Made by a program: the position numbers and the translations under genes. Below, in pieces: positions 45,273 through 57,582 of a DNA stretch of 64,000 nucleotides; positions within the stretch are counted from its first letter, which is position 1, and every line of letters starts with the position of its first letter. The notes beneath the pieces were generated by a model. The model did no database searches. It saw only the letters and a list, made by a program, of their open reading frames with translations, and was not told the origin of the DNA. Where the stretch lies: contig OX597822.1 in the NCBI GenBank assembly GCA_951406725.2, forward strand, positions 73,718,001 to 73,782,000. The letters are read 5' to 3'. This DNA comes from Octopus vulgaris. Its lineage: Eukaryota.

Positions 45273-45595
45273 GTGTGTATGCATGTATGTATGTATGTAT
45301 GTATGTATGTATGTATGTACACCACATACACATACACACACATATCATTGCTATTATGTTAAACTGTCGTATGTCCAAATTTGGCCAAATGCGTTTTTTC
45401 TTTTTCAATATTATTTTTGCTTGGAACAACCGGTTCCTTTGGTCAAACTATCGTATCTAGAGCTGCTTCCGATTCAACGGTATCAAAATTATCAAAGTGT
45501 AGTAGAACGGTTTTTCTATGGAATGGTGGAACTTATTTTTTCGTTTTTTGATAAAGCAACGTTTTGGACTTACGACACTTTTGCATAATAGCAAC

Positions 45596-45713
<118 letters not shown>

Positions 45714-46136
45714 GTATATATATATATATATATATAAATATATATGTATGCACACACACATACACACACACACAAGCATACATATATACATGCATACACA
45801 CATGTGTATATATGTATGCGTGAATGTGTGTACATATAATTTAATATATAACGAATGCATAATCCAGTGTTGGATTAAAATATACACATCAACACTTCCA
45901 CCCACACACATACACGCACATACGCAAAAAACTCTCTCTCCACTTTCTTCTTTTTGCACTCTCATAAACCCCCACACCTATATACGCATAGAGGATACCC
46001 TCGTCAAAAGATACCCGTTACTCTCAAATTCTAGACAATTCTATAAATACTTTAGCATTTAACTATAGATGCCAAGTTTCTCTCGTTTATATTTAAACTT
46101 ACAGATCTAGTTTAATAACCCAGTAGTAGTAGTAGC

Positions 46137-46196
<60 letters not shown>

Positions 46197-46557
46197 CGCA
46201 GCAGCAGTCACAGCAGCAGTAGTTTCTAATATAAGCACAAGACATAATTTGGTCGATCAAAATAATCATGGTATTTGATTGGGTAGTTTTCTTATCGACC
46301 TTGGAAGACTGAATGGTAAAGTTTACCCCCAGAAACATAAAGAGATGAAACAAATTTCTGTAAAGCATTTTGTTTGACGCTTCGACGATTCCTTCGATCG
46401 AATTGTAAAAAAAAAAACAATTATAATTTCTTTTATTTGATTACAAGGCCCTGATTACATTAGCAACTATATAAAGATGAGTTAACTAAAAAAAAATAAT
46501 AGCAGTGAAGGCTTACATCGCGTAAAAAGAAATAATAACAAGAACAAAAAAAAAAGG

Positions 46558-46864
46558 AGTACTCCGTCGGTTGCGAAGACGAGGGTCCCAGCTGATACGA
46601 TCAACGGAACAGCTTGCTCGTGAAATTAACATGAAAGTGGCTGATCACTCCACAGACACGTGTACCCTTAACGTAGTTCTCGGAGAGATTCAGCGTGACA
46701 GAGTATGACAAGGCTGGCCCTTTGAAATACAGGTACTACCCATTTTTGCCAGCTGAGTGGACTGGAGCAACGGGAAATAAAGTGTGTTGCTCAAGGACAC
46801 AACGCGCCACCGGGAATTGAACTCATGAGCCGAATGCCCCTAACCACTAAGCCACGCGCCTTCA
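46558..46864 (-). mobile_element. SINE family C
   Basis: The reverse complement matches 10618-10930. Confidence 0.9.
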
Positions 46865-47848
46865 TATGAACAAAGGGTGGTAATAAATGCCAATATGAAA
46901 ACGTCTTCGATTTTGTGATAAATGGTGTTATTCAGGGGAGTTCCTTGCTTTCTGATTTACACTCGGGTTAGCATCAGTTTAGCTGCTCTCGTCACCTTAC
47001 GTAAAATGTAACCTGGAAAGTAGCGCTTTATGTACCACTGTCATCCTCTGTTACATGTGATATTTGGAAATATTGATGAGATTTGCTGAAAGACCAGACC
47101 TGTACTCAAAACTTAATTGTGTCTACTACTTAATACCATTCACCATAGCCATTAAAAAGGGGGAAAGATAACCTTAATTCTATGCTAAAAAAAAAGAAAC
47201 AAAAATAAAACGTAGTATATCAATCTTCATAATAGAATTGACTGAAAGACGAACCCGTCCTACATGTGACAGCACATGTTTGATTAAGTCCACAAGGTGG
47301 CAATACATGGACACTGAACGAAAGAGAGTCTGATGGTTTCATCACATTGCGTGCATCACGATTGCGTTCAAATTCCAGCTGTTCCTTTACTGTAGCGCTC
47401 GTTCTCAGTAAATAAGGGTCCCAACATGTTGCACTGAAGGGCCAAAGATTTTTTTAGAAATATTCCTCAAAATCCCCCCAAATTAACTTATCACGTTCAG
47501 CTGGTAGAGTTCAGTGAGCATCAGGCAACATCCAAGATCCCAAACACCCATCTATCTGCGTTTGACTCGGTACAGTAACTTTGTTAAGGGACCAGAAGGA
47601 CGTGTCGCTTGAACTACAAAGGCACCTATTCACCAACTTCGTCGTCGTAGTAGCAGCTCAAGAATTTCTGCAGATGCATTAACCCCAAACATATCTGAAC
47701 ATCAGCATCTTCAGTGCCAGGATCTTAAGATTCCCATTGCTGCTGCTTCGGTGCCCTTATAGGCCTGGTGGTGAGAAGTAGTAATACAACCCAAAGGTGC
47801 CGGTTTCAGATCTCTGCCGGAAATTACAAGAGATCTAGTTAAAAACTT

Positions 47849-48250
47849 AAGGCGGCGAGCTGGCAGAAACGTTAGCACGCCGGGCGAAAAGCTTAGCGGT
47901 ATTTCGCCTGCGTTACGTTGTGAGTTCAAATTCCGCCGAGGTCGACTTTGCCTTTCATCCTTTCGGGGTCGATAAATTAAGTACCAGTTACGCACTGGGG
48001 TCGATGTAATCGACTTAATACCTATGTCTGTCCTTGTTTGTCCCCTCTATGTTTAGCCCCTTGTGGGTAATAAAGAAATAGGTATTTCGTCAGCCGCTAC
48101 GTTCTGAGTTCAAATTCTGCCGAGGTCGACTTTGCCTTTCATCCTTTCGGGGTTGATAAATTAAGTACCAGTTGCGTATTGAGGTGGATCTAATCGACTG
48201 GTCCCCTCCCCTAAAATTTCGGGCTTTGTGCCTAGAGTAGAAAAGGATCT
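47849..48250 (+). mobile_element. SINE family B, two-core form
   Basis: Head, core, tail 1, core, tail 2 on the plus strand. Confidence 0.9.
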
Positions 48251-48329
48251 TAAGACTCCCCCACAGAGTGGACTTTTGCGGTGGATGGCTCTCCTAACTG
48301 GTAGAATCTTTTCTTTTACAGAAGTTAAA

Positions 48330-48700
48330 GAGCATGTACACCAGTTTGGTCAGATGTTCCATAGGGCAAAGGATTCCTGACACTGTTCCTATGTCAGGTG
48401 ATGTCCTAAATGTTGATATCGTCCAGGATGCATCCTTCATCGAGCGGCTTGAGAGTCAGTCGAGGTAGGCGTTCGTCTCCACCGTGTCCATTTCGTAACT
48501 CCCTGCAAACAGTTCAGTGAAAAAAACTGCTTGGAAACCTACGCACATCTGCAACGGATCAATAAACGATTCCCATGATATCGAAATGTGATCTTGTACC
48601 TGCGTTGTGCAACTGCAACCCGGACACATCGAACGGTTTTTGATGCCCTCAAGCTTCTTTGTACGTATCGTAGCACGAAGAACGCTCCTCGCGTGAACAA
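48330..48700 (-). mobile_element. possible L1/Tx1-like ORF2 remnant
   Basis: VLRATIRTKKLEGI...FIDPLQMCVGFQAVFFTELF...AYLD*L resembles the linker before the RT domain in Tx1-like LINEs. Heavily decayed. Confidence 0.35.
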
Positions 48701-48988
48701 CAACAACAACAACAAGCAAGGCAAAAGTAGAACGACAATATTGAGTTTATTTTTACGTAATCATATTAAATTCTCATTTTTTTAATTATCAGCGACAGGA
48801 AGAGGAGTAGTAACAGCAAATGCTGGAGGAGTGATGTTGTTGTTGGTGATGCTAATGAAGTTAATAATGATGTTGTTGTTGTTGTTGTTGATGATGGTAA
48901 TGATGATGGTAATGATGATGATTCTGAAGATGATGATGATTATGGATAGGAGGAGGAGACAGATAACGACTACGATGAGAGGATGTTA

Positions 48989-49040
<52 letters not shown>

Positions 49041-49343
49041 CCGTCATCGTCATCATCATCATCATCACCTTCGGCAGCAGCAGCAGCTGCAGTAACCGCA
49101 GCAGGAGCAGCACATTTGGCAGAAGCAGATAAAAAACAATAACAGAAGCTGCTAATCTAGCTCGTATTGCAGTGATATCTGTTTTCAGGGAATTATCAGC
49201 TTATGTGATAAGGGGGGAAATGTTTACTCGGATATTGCCTTTCAAATATAGCTTTACGGGGAGTGTGACTGAGGCTCTGCTTGCATAACGCTTATATAAC
49301 CTAAACAGTTTTTAGCTGGTTGGACCTTACTCTAGCTTCCGTA

Positions 49344-49401
<58 letters not shown>

Positions 49402-49667
49402 TCAGCAGTGCTGCTGCGGTCATGCAAGGGCACCACTGTGGTCTTGCTGATTTCTGTATGTATGTATGTATATATATATATATATATACTCACATCCCTC
49501 CAAAATATTTTTATGTAAACATATATATATATATATATATCTTGATATTTATATTCATATGTGTATGTATATATGTATGTGTGTGTATGTGTTTGTGTTT
49601 GTGTGCGTGGTGTATGTATGTACTTATAGTTAGACATTCAGAGGCATGTATACATATATACATATAT

Positions 49668-49990
49668 AACGGGAAGCTTTATGAAAATAAACAAAAGACG
49701 AAGGCAGGTGGAAAACAAACGAACAATTGTATTAGTATGGCGCTCAGGAAATATAAATAAAACAAGTCTTTAACGTTTCGAGCCTACGCTCTTCAACAGA
49801 AAGATACACAGAGAGAGAAAAACACAGAAAGAAGGAGAGAAAAAAAATGCGTGCAGTAGCTAACGAATCAACATGGCGATCTGATTTCGGCCAGAGGTCA
49901 AAGATCAAACATGAGACGCGAGAGCGAAATAAGGGGAGATAATAGGGTTGATAAATGGGTTGAGGGACCAGCTAAAAGTGCGTGGGAGGG
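49668..49990 (-). mobile_element. Penelope-like small element with variant minimal hammerhead (49767-49804)
   Basis: Minus strand tcttt-CTGTTGA-a-gagc-gtag-gctc-GAAA-cgtt-aaaga. Perfect stems I and II, A6 replaced by U. Confidence 0.65.
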
Positions 49991-50285
49991 GTCTGGATGT
50001 GTGTATGTATAGGGTTGGTGTATGTATTAGTATGTATAAGGGTGTGTGTGTGTGTATGAGAGAGTATTAGTGCGTAAGATTGGTCTGGACGTGCGTATGT
50101 ATGGGGTTGGTGTATGTATTAGTATGTATTGGTATGTATTAGTATAGGTGTGTGTGTGTGTGTGAGAGAGAGTATAAGTGCGTATGAGAGGTCTGGACGT
50201 GTGTATGTATAGGGTTGGTGTAAGTATTAGTATGTACTAGTATGTATTAGTACGTATTAGTATGTATTAGTTGGTGTGTGTATTA
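49985..50285. repeat. ~90-100-bp minisatellite, 3 copies
   Basis: ggtctggacgtgtgtatgtatagggttggtgta recurs at ~49990, ~50082 and ~50190. Confidence 0.75.
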
Positions 50286-50362
50286 GTATGGCACATCATA
50301 TGTGATGTGATACATACATGTGTGTGTGTGTACGTGTACGTGTATATATATATATATATATA

Positions 50363-50532
50363 CAGGGAGAATTCACAAAAAAACCCCACAAAAGACGAAG
50401 ACGTGGGTGTAAACAACAAACGTATTAGTTTAACGCTCGGGAAGTGAGAAAGTCTTTTGCGTTTCGTGCCTACGCTCTTCCACAGAAAGGAACAGAAATA
50501 AACAGGGAGAGAAAATAGAAAAGGTTTAGTGG

Positions 50533-50534
<2 letters not shown>
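50363..50534 (-). mobile_element. Penelope-like small element related to 49668-49990, degenerate hammerhead (50454-50489)
   Basis: Minus strand cttt-CTGTGGA-a-gagc-gtag-gcac-GAAA-cgca-aaag. Confidence 0.6.
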
Positions 50535-50576
<42 letters not shown>

Positions 50577-50744
50577 CATAAGGGACTAAAGCCATCTGAA
50601 TATGGCTAGGGACAGGGCAGGGTGGTGGGGGTGTTACTGTTGCATTTAGCCCCAGGCGAACATCGACGTCACCAGAAAGGCTCGACACCGTCACGGTGCC
50701 CTAAACCTGCAAAGGGAGGTAATTCCCCGATGAAGCGGAAACCA

Positions 50745-50790
50745 CACACGGACCATGGTTTCAAGGTGTATTGCCTATCATCGGCGTGTG
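50745..50790 (-). ncRNA. type I hammerhead ribozyme (copy 1)
   Basis: Exact reverse complement of 51056-51101. Confidence 0.8.
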
Positions 50791-51055
50791 GTAGGCCTCC
50801 GCTTCCTCGACGAATTCTCTCTCTGCAGGATTTTCTTATATAGATTTTCAAGCAAAATACATTTGCTGATTTCGAAAATCTGTTCGAAAGCAATAATAAT
50901 TCTCTAAAAGGGATATAGACAGTAACTGCTCGATAACATAAGGGACTAAAGCCATCTGAATATGGCTAGGGACAGGGCAGGGTGGTGGGGGTGTTACTGT
51001 TGCATTTAGCCCCAGGCGAACATCGACGTCACCAGAAAGGCTCGCGGAGGCCTAC

Positions 51056-51101
51056 CACACGCCGATGATAGGCAATACACCTTGAAACCATGGTCCGTGT
51101 G
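51056..51101 (+). ncRNA. type I hammerhead ribozyme (copy 2), predicted cleavage after 51095
   Basis: cacacg-CCGATGA-t-agg-caataca-cct-t-GAAA-ccatgg-TC-cgtgtg. Stems I and II present, palindromic stem III, GUC site, U4 replaced by C. Confidence 0.8.
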
Positions 51102-51415
51102 TGGTTTCCGCTTCATCGGGGAATTACCTCCCTTTGCAGGTTTAGGGCACCGTGACGGTGTCGAGCCTTTCTGGTGACGTCGATGTTCGCCTGGGGCTAA
51201 ATGCAACAGTAACACCCCCACCACCCTGCCCTGTCCCTAGCCATATTCAGATGGCTTTAGTCCCTTATGTTATCGAGCAGTTACTGTCTATATCCCTTTT
51301 AGAGAATTATTATTGCTTTCGAACAGATTTTCGAAATCAGCAAATGTATTTTGCTTGAAAATCTATATAAGAAAATCCTGCAGAGAGAGAATTCGTCGAG
51401 GAAGCGGAGGCCTAC

Positions 51416-51461
51416 CACACGCCGATGATAGGCAATACACCTTGAAACCATGGTCCGTGTG
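51416..51461 (+). ncRNA. type I hammerhead ribozyme (copy 3), predicted cleavage after 51455
   Basis: Identical to copy 2, 360 nt downstream. Confidence 0.8.
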
Positions 51462-52121
51462 TGGTTTCCGCTTCATCGGGGAATTACCTCCCTTTGCAGG
51501 TTTAGGGCACCGTGACGGTGTCGAGCCTTTCTGGTGACGTCGATGTTCGCCTGGGGCTAAATGCAACAGTAACACCCCCACCACCCTGCCCTGTCCCTAG
51601 CCATATTCAGATGGCTTTAGTCCCTTATGTTATCGAGCAGTTACTGTCTATATCCCTTTTAGAGAATTATTATTGCTATATATATATGTATAGCCACTAA
51701 ACCTCTCTCTCCCTATATATATATGCATATATTCACGGATGTGTATATACGATATATATATTTCAGTTTATAGTTATACGCTTCTGTGCAAGTGTATGCA
51801 TATACATATCCAAACACAAACACACACACACGCGCGCGCACACGCATATGTGAGTGTAGATATGTTCTGCACGCACGTTCATGCATACACATAAATACAT
51901 ATTTACACATACATACGTATAGATAAGGTGCATCCCCGCAGATCTACAGAGTTATGAATACCCGACAGGTATTCCACCATATAAATACATAACGCTGGCC
52001 TATCTATATCCTACATGCATTATCAATCCACTTCAAACTTTTACTAATATATGTGTGTGGAGGGGGTATATATGTGTATGTGTGCAAGTGTGTGCATGTG
52101 TGTGTAAGAGAGAGAGAGAGA

Positions 52122-52435
52122 ATGCACATGGCTTAGTGGTTTAGTGGTTTGGGTTTTCGGTTCGCGATCGTAGGGTCGCGAGTTCAATTCCCGGCGGCGC
52201 GTTGCGTCCTTGAGCAAGACACTTTATTTCACGTTACTACCGTCCACTCAGCTTGCAAGAATGAGTAGTACCTGTATTTCAAAGGACCAGCCTTGTCACA
52301 CTGTGTGTCACGTTGAGTCTCCCTGAGAACTATGTTAAGGGTACGCCTGCCTGTGGAGTGCTCAGTTAATTTCACGAGCAAACTGTTCCGTTGATTGGAT
52401 CAACTGGATCCCTGGTGGTGGTAAGCGACAGAGTG
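52122..52435 (+). mobile_element. SINE family C
   Basis: Matches 10618-10930. Confidence 0.85.
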
Positions 52436-52438
52436 CTC

Positions 52439-52508
<70 letters not shown>

Positions 52509-52669
52509 CAGTGGCGTATAGTGATTGTTGTGTTAGGGGTGCCGTCACACCAAATTTCAAGCACGGTTGTAACAAAAGTTTTCCATTAAGATTTATCATT
52601 AAATTAATGAGTAAGGTTAATAAGTATAATGAATTTACCATTTTTCCACACACGAACTATACGCCCGTG
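52509..52669. mobile_element. MITE with hAT-like TIRs
   Basis: 14-bp imperfect TIRs cagtggcgtatagt ... actatacgcccgtg, inserted in (TA)n. Confidence 0.6.
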
Positions 52670-52703
52670 GTATATATATATAAACTTATATATATACACA
52701 TAA

Positions 52704-52742
<39 letters not shown>

Positions 52743-52743
52743 A

Positions 52744-52790
<47 letters not shown>

Positions 52791-52892
52791 AAGATATATA
52801 TATATATATATATATATAACACATAAAGATATATATATCTTATATATATATATACATGTGCTTCTGCGTGCGTGTGTGCTTGCGTGTGTTTA

Positions 52893-53078
52893 TCTTTTAT
52901 CTTCTACTTGTTTCAAACAGTGACCATGCTGGGGCACCACCTTGAAGCATTTTTGTCGAGCAAATCGAGGCCAGAACGTTTTTTTGATTTTAAGTATGGT
53001 ACTTATAGTATCAGTCACTTTTGTCCGAACCGTTAAGTTCCGGGGACATCAACACCAACACCAGATGTCATACATAAA

Positions 53079-53172
<94 letters not shown>

Positions 53173-53320
53173 TTATACGACAGGCTTCTTTCAGTTTCCG
53201 CCAAACAGATCCTCTCACAAGGCTTTGTTCAGCCCGACGTTTGCCGAAGGTGCCATGCAGTGGGACCGAACCCGAACCATGTGGCTGGGATGCAAACACC
53301 TTACTAAACAGTCACACCTA
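52893..53320 (-). mobile_element. SINE family A, diverged
   Basis: Both halves are recognisable around a long (CA)n tract. Confidence 0.75.
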
Positions 53321-53703
53321 CGTACGTCTGTGCTTGTTTGTGTGTGTGTGCGTGTATGTGTGTGTGTGTGTGTGTGCGTGTATGTGTGTGTGCATGTATG
53401 TGTGTGTGTGTGTGTGTGTGCGTGCCACACACATACATACACACACATGTATGTGTGAATATATATATATATATGCGTGTGAGTGAGTGTGTATGCACAT
53501 ATAAATCTACACACACATACATACATACACATGTATGTGTGTATATATATATATATGCGTGTGAGTGAGTGTGTATGCACATATAAATCTACACACACAT
53601 ACATACATACACATGTATGTGTGTATATATATATATATAATATATATATATGCGTGTGTGTGTGTGTGTGTATGCATATGTATATGTGAAAATGTTTATG
53701 TGC

Positions 53704-53756
<53 letters not shown>

Positions 53757-53906
53757 AAAATTTATTCATCTACCTGGTTAACTAGCCACAACCTGCCTTC
53801 ACACCTGCCTACTACCTATCTACGTAACAACCTACCTAGTGTTTAATCAATATATCTGTCTGTCTCTCTGACCTCTCTCCCTCATCTTCTCTTTTCTTCC
53901 CTCCGC

Positions 53907-53943
<37 letters not shown>

Positions 53944-54090
53944 CTATCTATCTACCTATTTTTGCGATCGATAGATCGATACACATGTACATGTACCCAA
54001 ATGCTGTAAAGCAGCAGTGCGCATTCACTGCCCATTTTATGCAACAGAGATGCTGTATGAACACGCTAAGTGGCTGCATCTTTTTTTTTA

Positions 54091-54130
<40 letters not shown>

Positions 54131-54529
54131 TGCTAACAAACAACAACGCTAGTCCGGCCTTGGACCAGGCTAATGTCGCAGTTAGAGAAAAAAAAAAAAC
54201 GACAAAAACAAAAATAAAAATGAAGCCCAACGTCCGTTGTTAGTCGGTTGATACTCTAGTTGCCAACCCCGCCATCTTGATTAGCCATGTTCAGTGTTGC
54301 GCGTCCACTGTGAAGCTTACACATTTTACACTTTCAGTTCGGTACCTCTTTACTTCTCTTTTTTTTTTCCTTGTCCATCTCATTCCTCTGCCTCCTACTC
54401 ATCTTCTTTGACTTTCGCATCCTCTCTATCAACCTCCCTATCAATGTTTTCTTTTTCTCTTTTTCTTTTTCTTTTTCTTTCCTGTTTCATAGTCCCTCTT
54501 TGCCCATACAATTTCTAATTTGCGTGTGT

Positions 54530-54990
54530 GTATGTGTCTGTCTCTGTGCATGTGTGTATGTGTGTGTGCGTGTGTATGTGTGTACGTAAGTTTATATATG
54601 TGTATATATGTATGTATGTGTGTGTCTCTGTGTGCGTGTGTGTATGTATGTACGTAAGTTTATATATGTGTGTGCATGTGTAAGCATGCATGTATATATG
54701 TATGTGTGTATCTGTTTGTGCGTGTGTGTGTATGTATGTACGTAAGTTTATATATGCATGCGTGTGCATGCATGTATATATGTGTGTATATATGTATGTA
54801 TGTGTCTCTGGGTGCGTGTGTGTATGTATGTACGTAAGTTTATATATGCATGTGCATGTGTAAGCATGCATGTATATATGTATGTGTGTGTCTGTTTGTG
54901 CGTGTGTGTATGTATTACGTAAGTTTATACATGCGTGTACATGTGTATGCATGCATGTATATGTGTGTGCATATATATATGTGTATGTGT
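54530..54990. repeat. minisatellite built on TG/TA repeats (core tacgtaagtttatatatg)
   Basis: The core recurs five times at ~70-90-bp spacing, with a ~180-bp higher-order unit. Confidence 0.75.
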
Positions 54991-55021
54991 GAGTCTGTGT
55001 GTGCATGTGTGTATGTATGTA

Positions 55022-55067
<46 letters not shown>

Positions 55068-55515
55068 AATGTATGTATATATATATATATGTATGAATGT
55101 ATGTATATATATATATATATATATATACATTCATACATACATACATACATACATACATATGTATATGTGTGTGTGTGTATTTAGTGTTAAATTAAGAAAC
55201 TATGTAAATAATTATATACTTAATTATTACTTACAGTATATGTGTGTGTACGTGCGTGTGTGTGTGTGTGCGTGCGTATGCATGTATGTGCATATGCACA
55301 GATGTGATCGCAAGATTGTGGTTTCGATTCACGGACCAGGTGCTGCGTTGGTGTTCTTGAGCAAATCTCTTCATCTCAAAGTTGCTCTGCGATGCGATTA
55401 CTTGGGCATCTGACACGTGTCACACCGTGCATCATTGCAGGCAATATCGATTTTATGGGGGGAGTGAGTTGATATACAGCAGCGCCATCGTTTGATCACC
55501 CCAAACAAATCACCC

Positions 55516-55938
55516 CTCTTTTACTCTTTTACTTGTTTCAGTCATTTGACTGCAGCCATGCAAGAGCACCGCCTTTAGTCGAGTAAATCGACCCCAGGAC
55601 TTATTCTTTGAAAGCCTGGTACTTATTCTATCGGTCTGTTTTGCCGAACCGCTAAGTTACGGGGACGTAAACACACACAAGCATCGGTTGTCAAGCGATG
55701 TATGGGGGGGGGGGGACAAACACAGACACACAAACACACATACACACACATATATATATACATATACATATATACGACGGGCTTCTTTTCAGTTTCCGCC
55801 TACCAAATCCACTCACAAGGCTTTGGTCCGCCCGAGGCTATAGTAGAAGACACTTGCTCAAGGTGCCACGCAGTGGGACTGAACCCGGAACCAAGTGGTT
55901 GATAAGCAAGCTATTTACCACACAGCCACTCCTGCACC
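55516..55938 (-). mobile_element. SINE family A, full length
   Basis: Complete head and tail; abuts a family B copy. Confidence 0.9.
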
Positions 55939-55940
55939 TT

Positions 55941-56422
55941 GATGAAAGGCAAAGTAGACCTCGGCGGAATTTCAACTCAGAACGTAAAGACAGACGAAAT
56001 GCCTATTTCTTTACTATCCACAAGGGGCTAAACACAGAGAGGACAAACAAGGACAGACAAACGGATTAAGTTGATTATATCGACCCCCAGTGCGTAACTG
56101 GTACTTATTTAATTGACTCCCGAAAGGATAAAAGGCAAAGTCGACCTCGGCGGAATTTGAACTCAGAACGTAGCGGCAGACGAAATACCTATTTCTTTAT
56201 TACCCACAAGGGGCTAAACATAGAGGGGACAAACAAGGACAGACATAGGTATTAAGTCGATTACATCGACCCCAGTGCGTAACTGGTACTTAATTTATCG
56301 ACCCCGAAAGGATGAAAGGCAAAGTCGACCTCAGCGGAATTTGAACTCAGAACGTAGCGGCAGACGAAATACCGCTCAGCATTTCGCCCGGCGTGCTAAC
56401 GATTCTGCCAGCTCGCCGCCTT
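55941..56422 (-). mobile_element. SINE family B, three-core form
   Basis: Three aaaggcaaagtcgacctc cores and two copies of tail 1. Confidence 0.9.
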
Positions 56423-57134
56423 CAGATCGTTCAGCAAAAACCGTTGCTGAATCGTCAGCTATCGTTCGATGCAAGAGAGTCCAAGTCCACGACACACCCA
56501 CAAGCGTACATCCGTGTACACCCGACACATATATTCATTTATTTGCTTAATCTTAAAGCAACACAATTAACTCAAGAGCCGCCAAGAGTTTCGAGCATAG
56601 CGCTCCTATAACTTCTGTGCAGTTCTATGTATACGTAGACAGAATCGTATTTGCATACTAAATCAGTGTTGTATTGTTGTCAGGCTTGGTTTGTTGTTTC
56701 TCCTATTGTTTAAATGTTTTGTCTGTTGTATAGTGTATGAGTAACGTGTGTTGTACTATTTTGTCGAATGGCGTTTGTCTTCCTTATATGCTGTGTGCAG
56801 GACCGGTATCGGAATTATTGACTCATCCGACAAGCTGGATTTCAGCACCCTTACAAGTTTATATAGATTTCAAACAAACAAAATCTGCAAATTTGTCGAT
56901 AAAAATGTATTAAATGGAGAAATGGAGCTTGTGTTTTATTCATAAACGTTTTCTCTTTTTTATTTTGAAAATCTGCCAGCGTGGCTGTGTGATTAAAAAA
57001 ACTTAGGTTTGAGGTTCGGTCCCACTGTGCGGGAATTTTGGCAATTTTCTTCAGCTACTGCCCCAAGCCAACCAATGTTTTAGGAGTGAGTTTAGTACAC
57101 AGAAACTGAGAGCAGGCCCGCCGTGTGTGTATGT

Positions 57135-57203
57135 GTGTTGCTATGTTATCACTTCAGCAGAGGGGGAACAAACACAGACACACAAACAGATACACAAACA
57201 TAA

Positions 57204-57282
<79 letters not shown>

Positions 57283-57359
57283 CATATATACATATATATA
57301 CATATATATATTTACATATATACATATATATACATATATATATATACATATATATATAC

Positions 57360-57410
<51 letters not shown>

Positions 57411-57562
57411 GATGGGCTTCTTCCAGTTTCCGTCTACCAAATCCACTCAAAAGGCTTTGGTCAGCCCGATGCTATAGTAGAAAACACTTGTCCAAGGTGC
57501 CACACACTGGGACTCAACCCAAGACCATGTGGTTGGTAAGCAAGCTACTTGCCACACAGCCA
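57135..57562 (-). mobile_element. SINE family A, 5' half with expanded internal microsatellite
   Basis: Head at 57410-57562 plus a ~230-bp TA/CA tract. Confidence 0.75.
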
Positions 57563-57582
57563 TATATATAGCGCGTTTGTGT

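Larger units (their letters stand above)
50576..51677. mobile_element. young non-LTR retrozyme-like element: 360-bp tandem unit as a head-to-head inverted pair
   Basis: Left arm 50576-51044 (sense -, 1.3 units) and right arm 51044-51677 (sense +, 1.76 units). Period exactly 360 with no differences seen, one HHR per unit, inserted in (TA)n. Confidence 0.85.

Noticed and set aside
50727-50765. Functional opposite-polarity hammerhead in the 360-bp unit
   Set aside because: Core words are present but stem II is only 4 unpaired nt and there is no stem I partner. Kept only as an anti-core observation.
50622-51584. Repeated 73-74 aa ORFs inside the 360-bp unit
   Set aside because: They are short, lack ATG starts or motifs, and are identical only because the DNA is duplicated. 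An RNA-structure reading fits much better.
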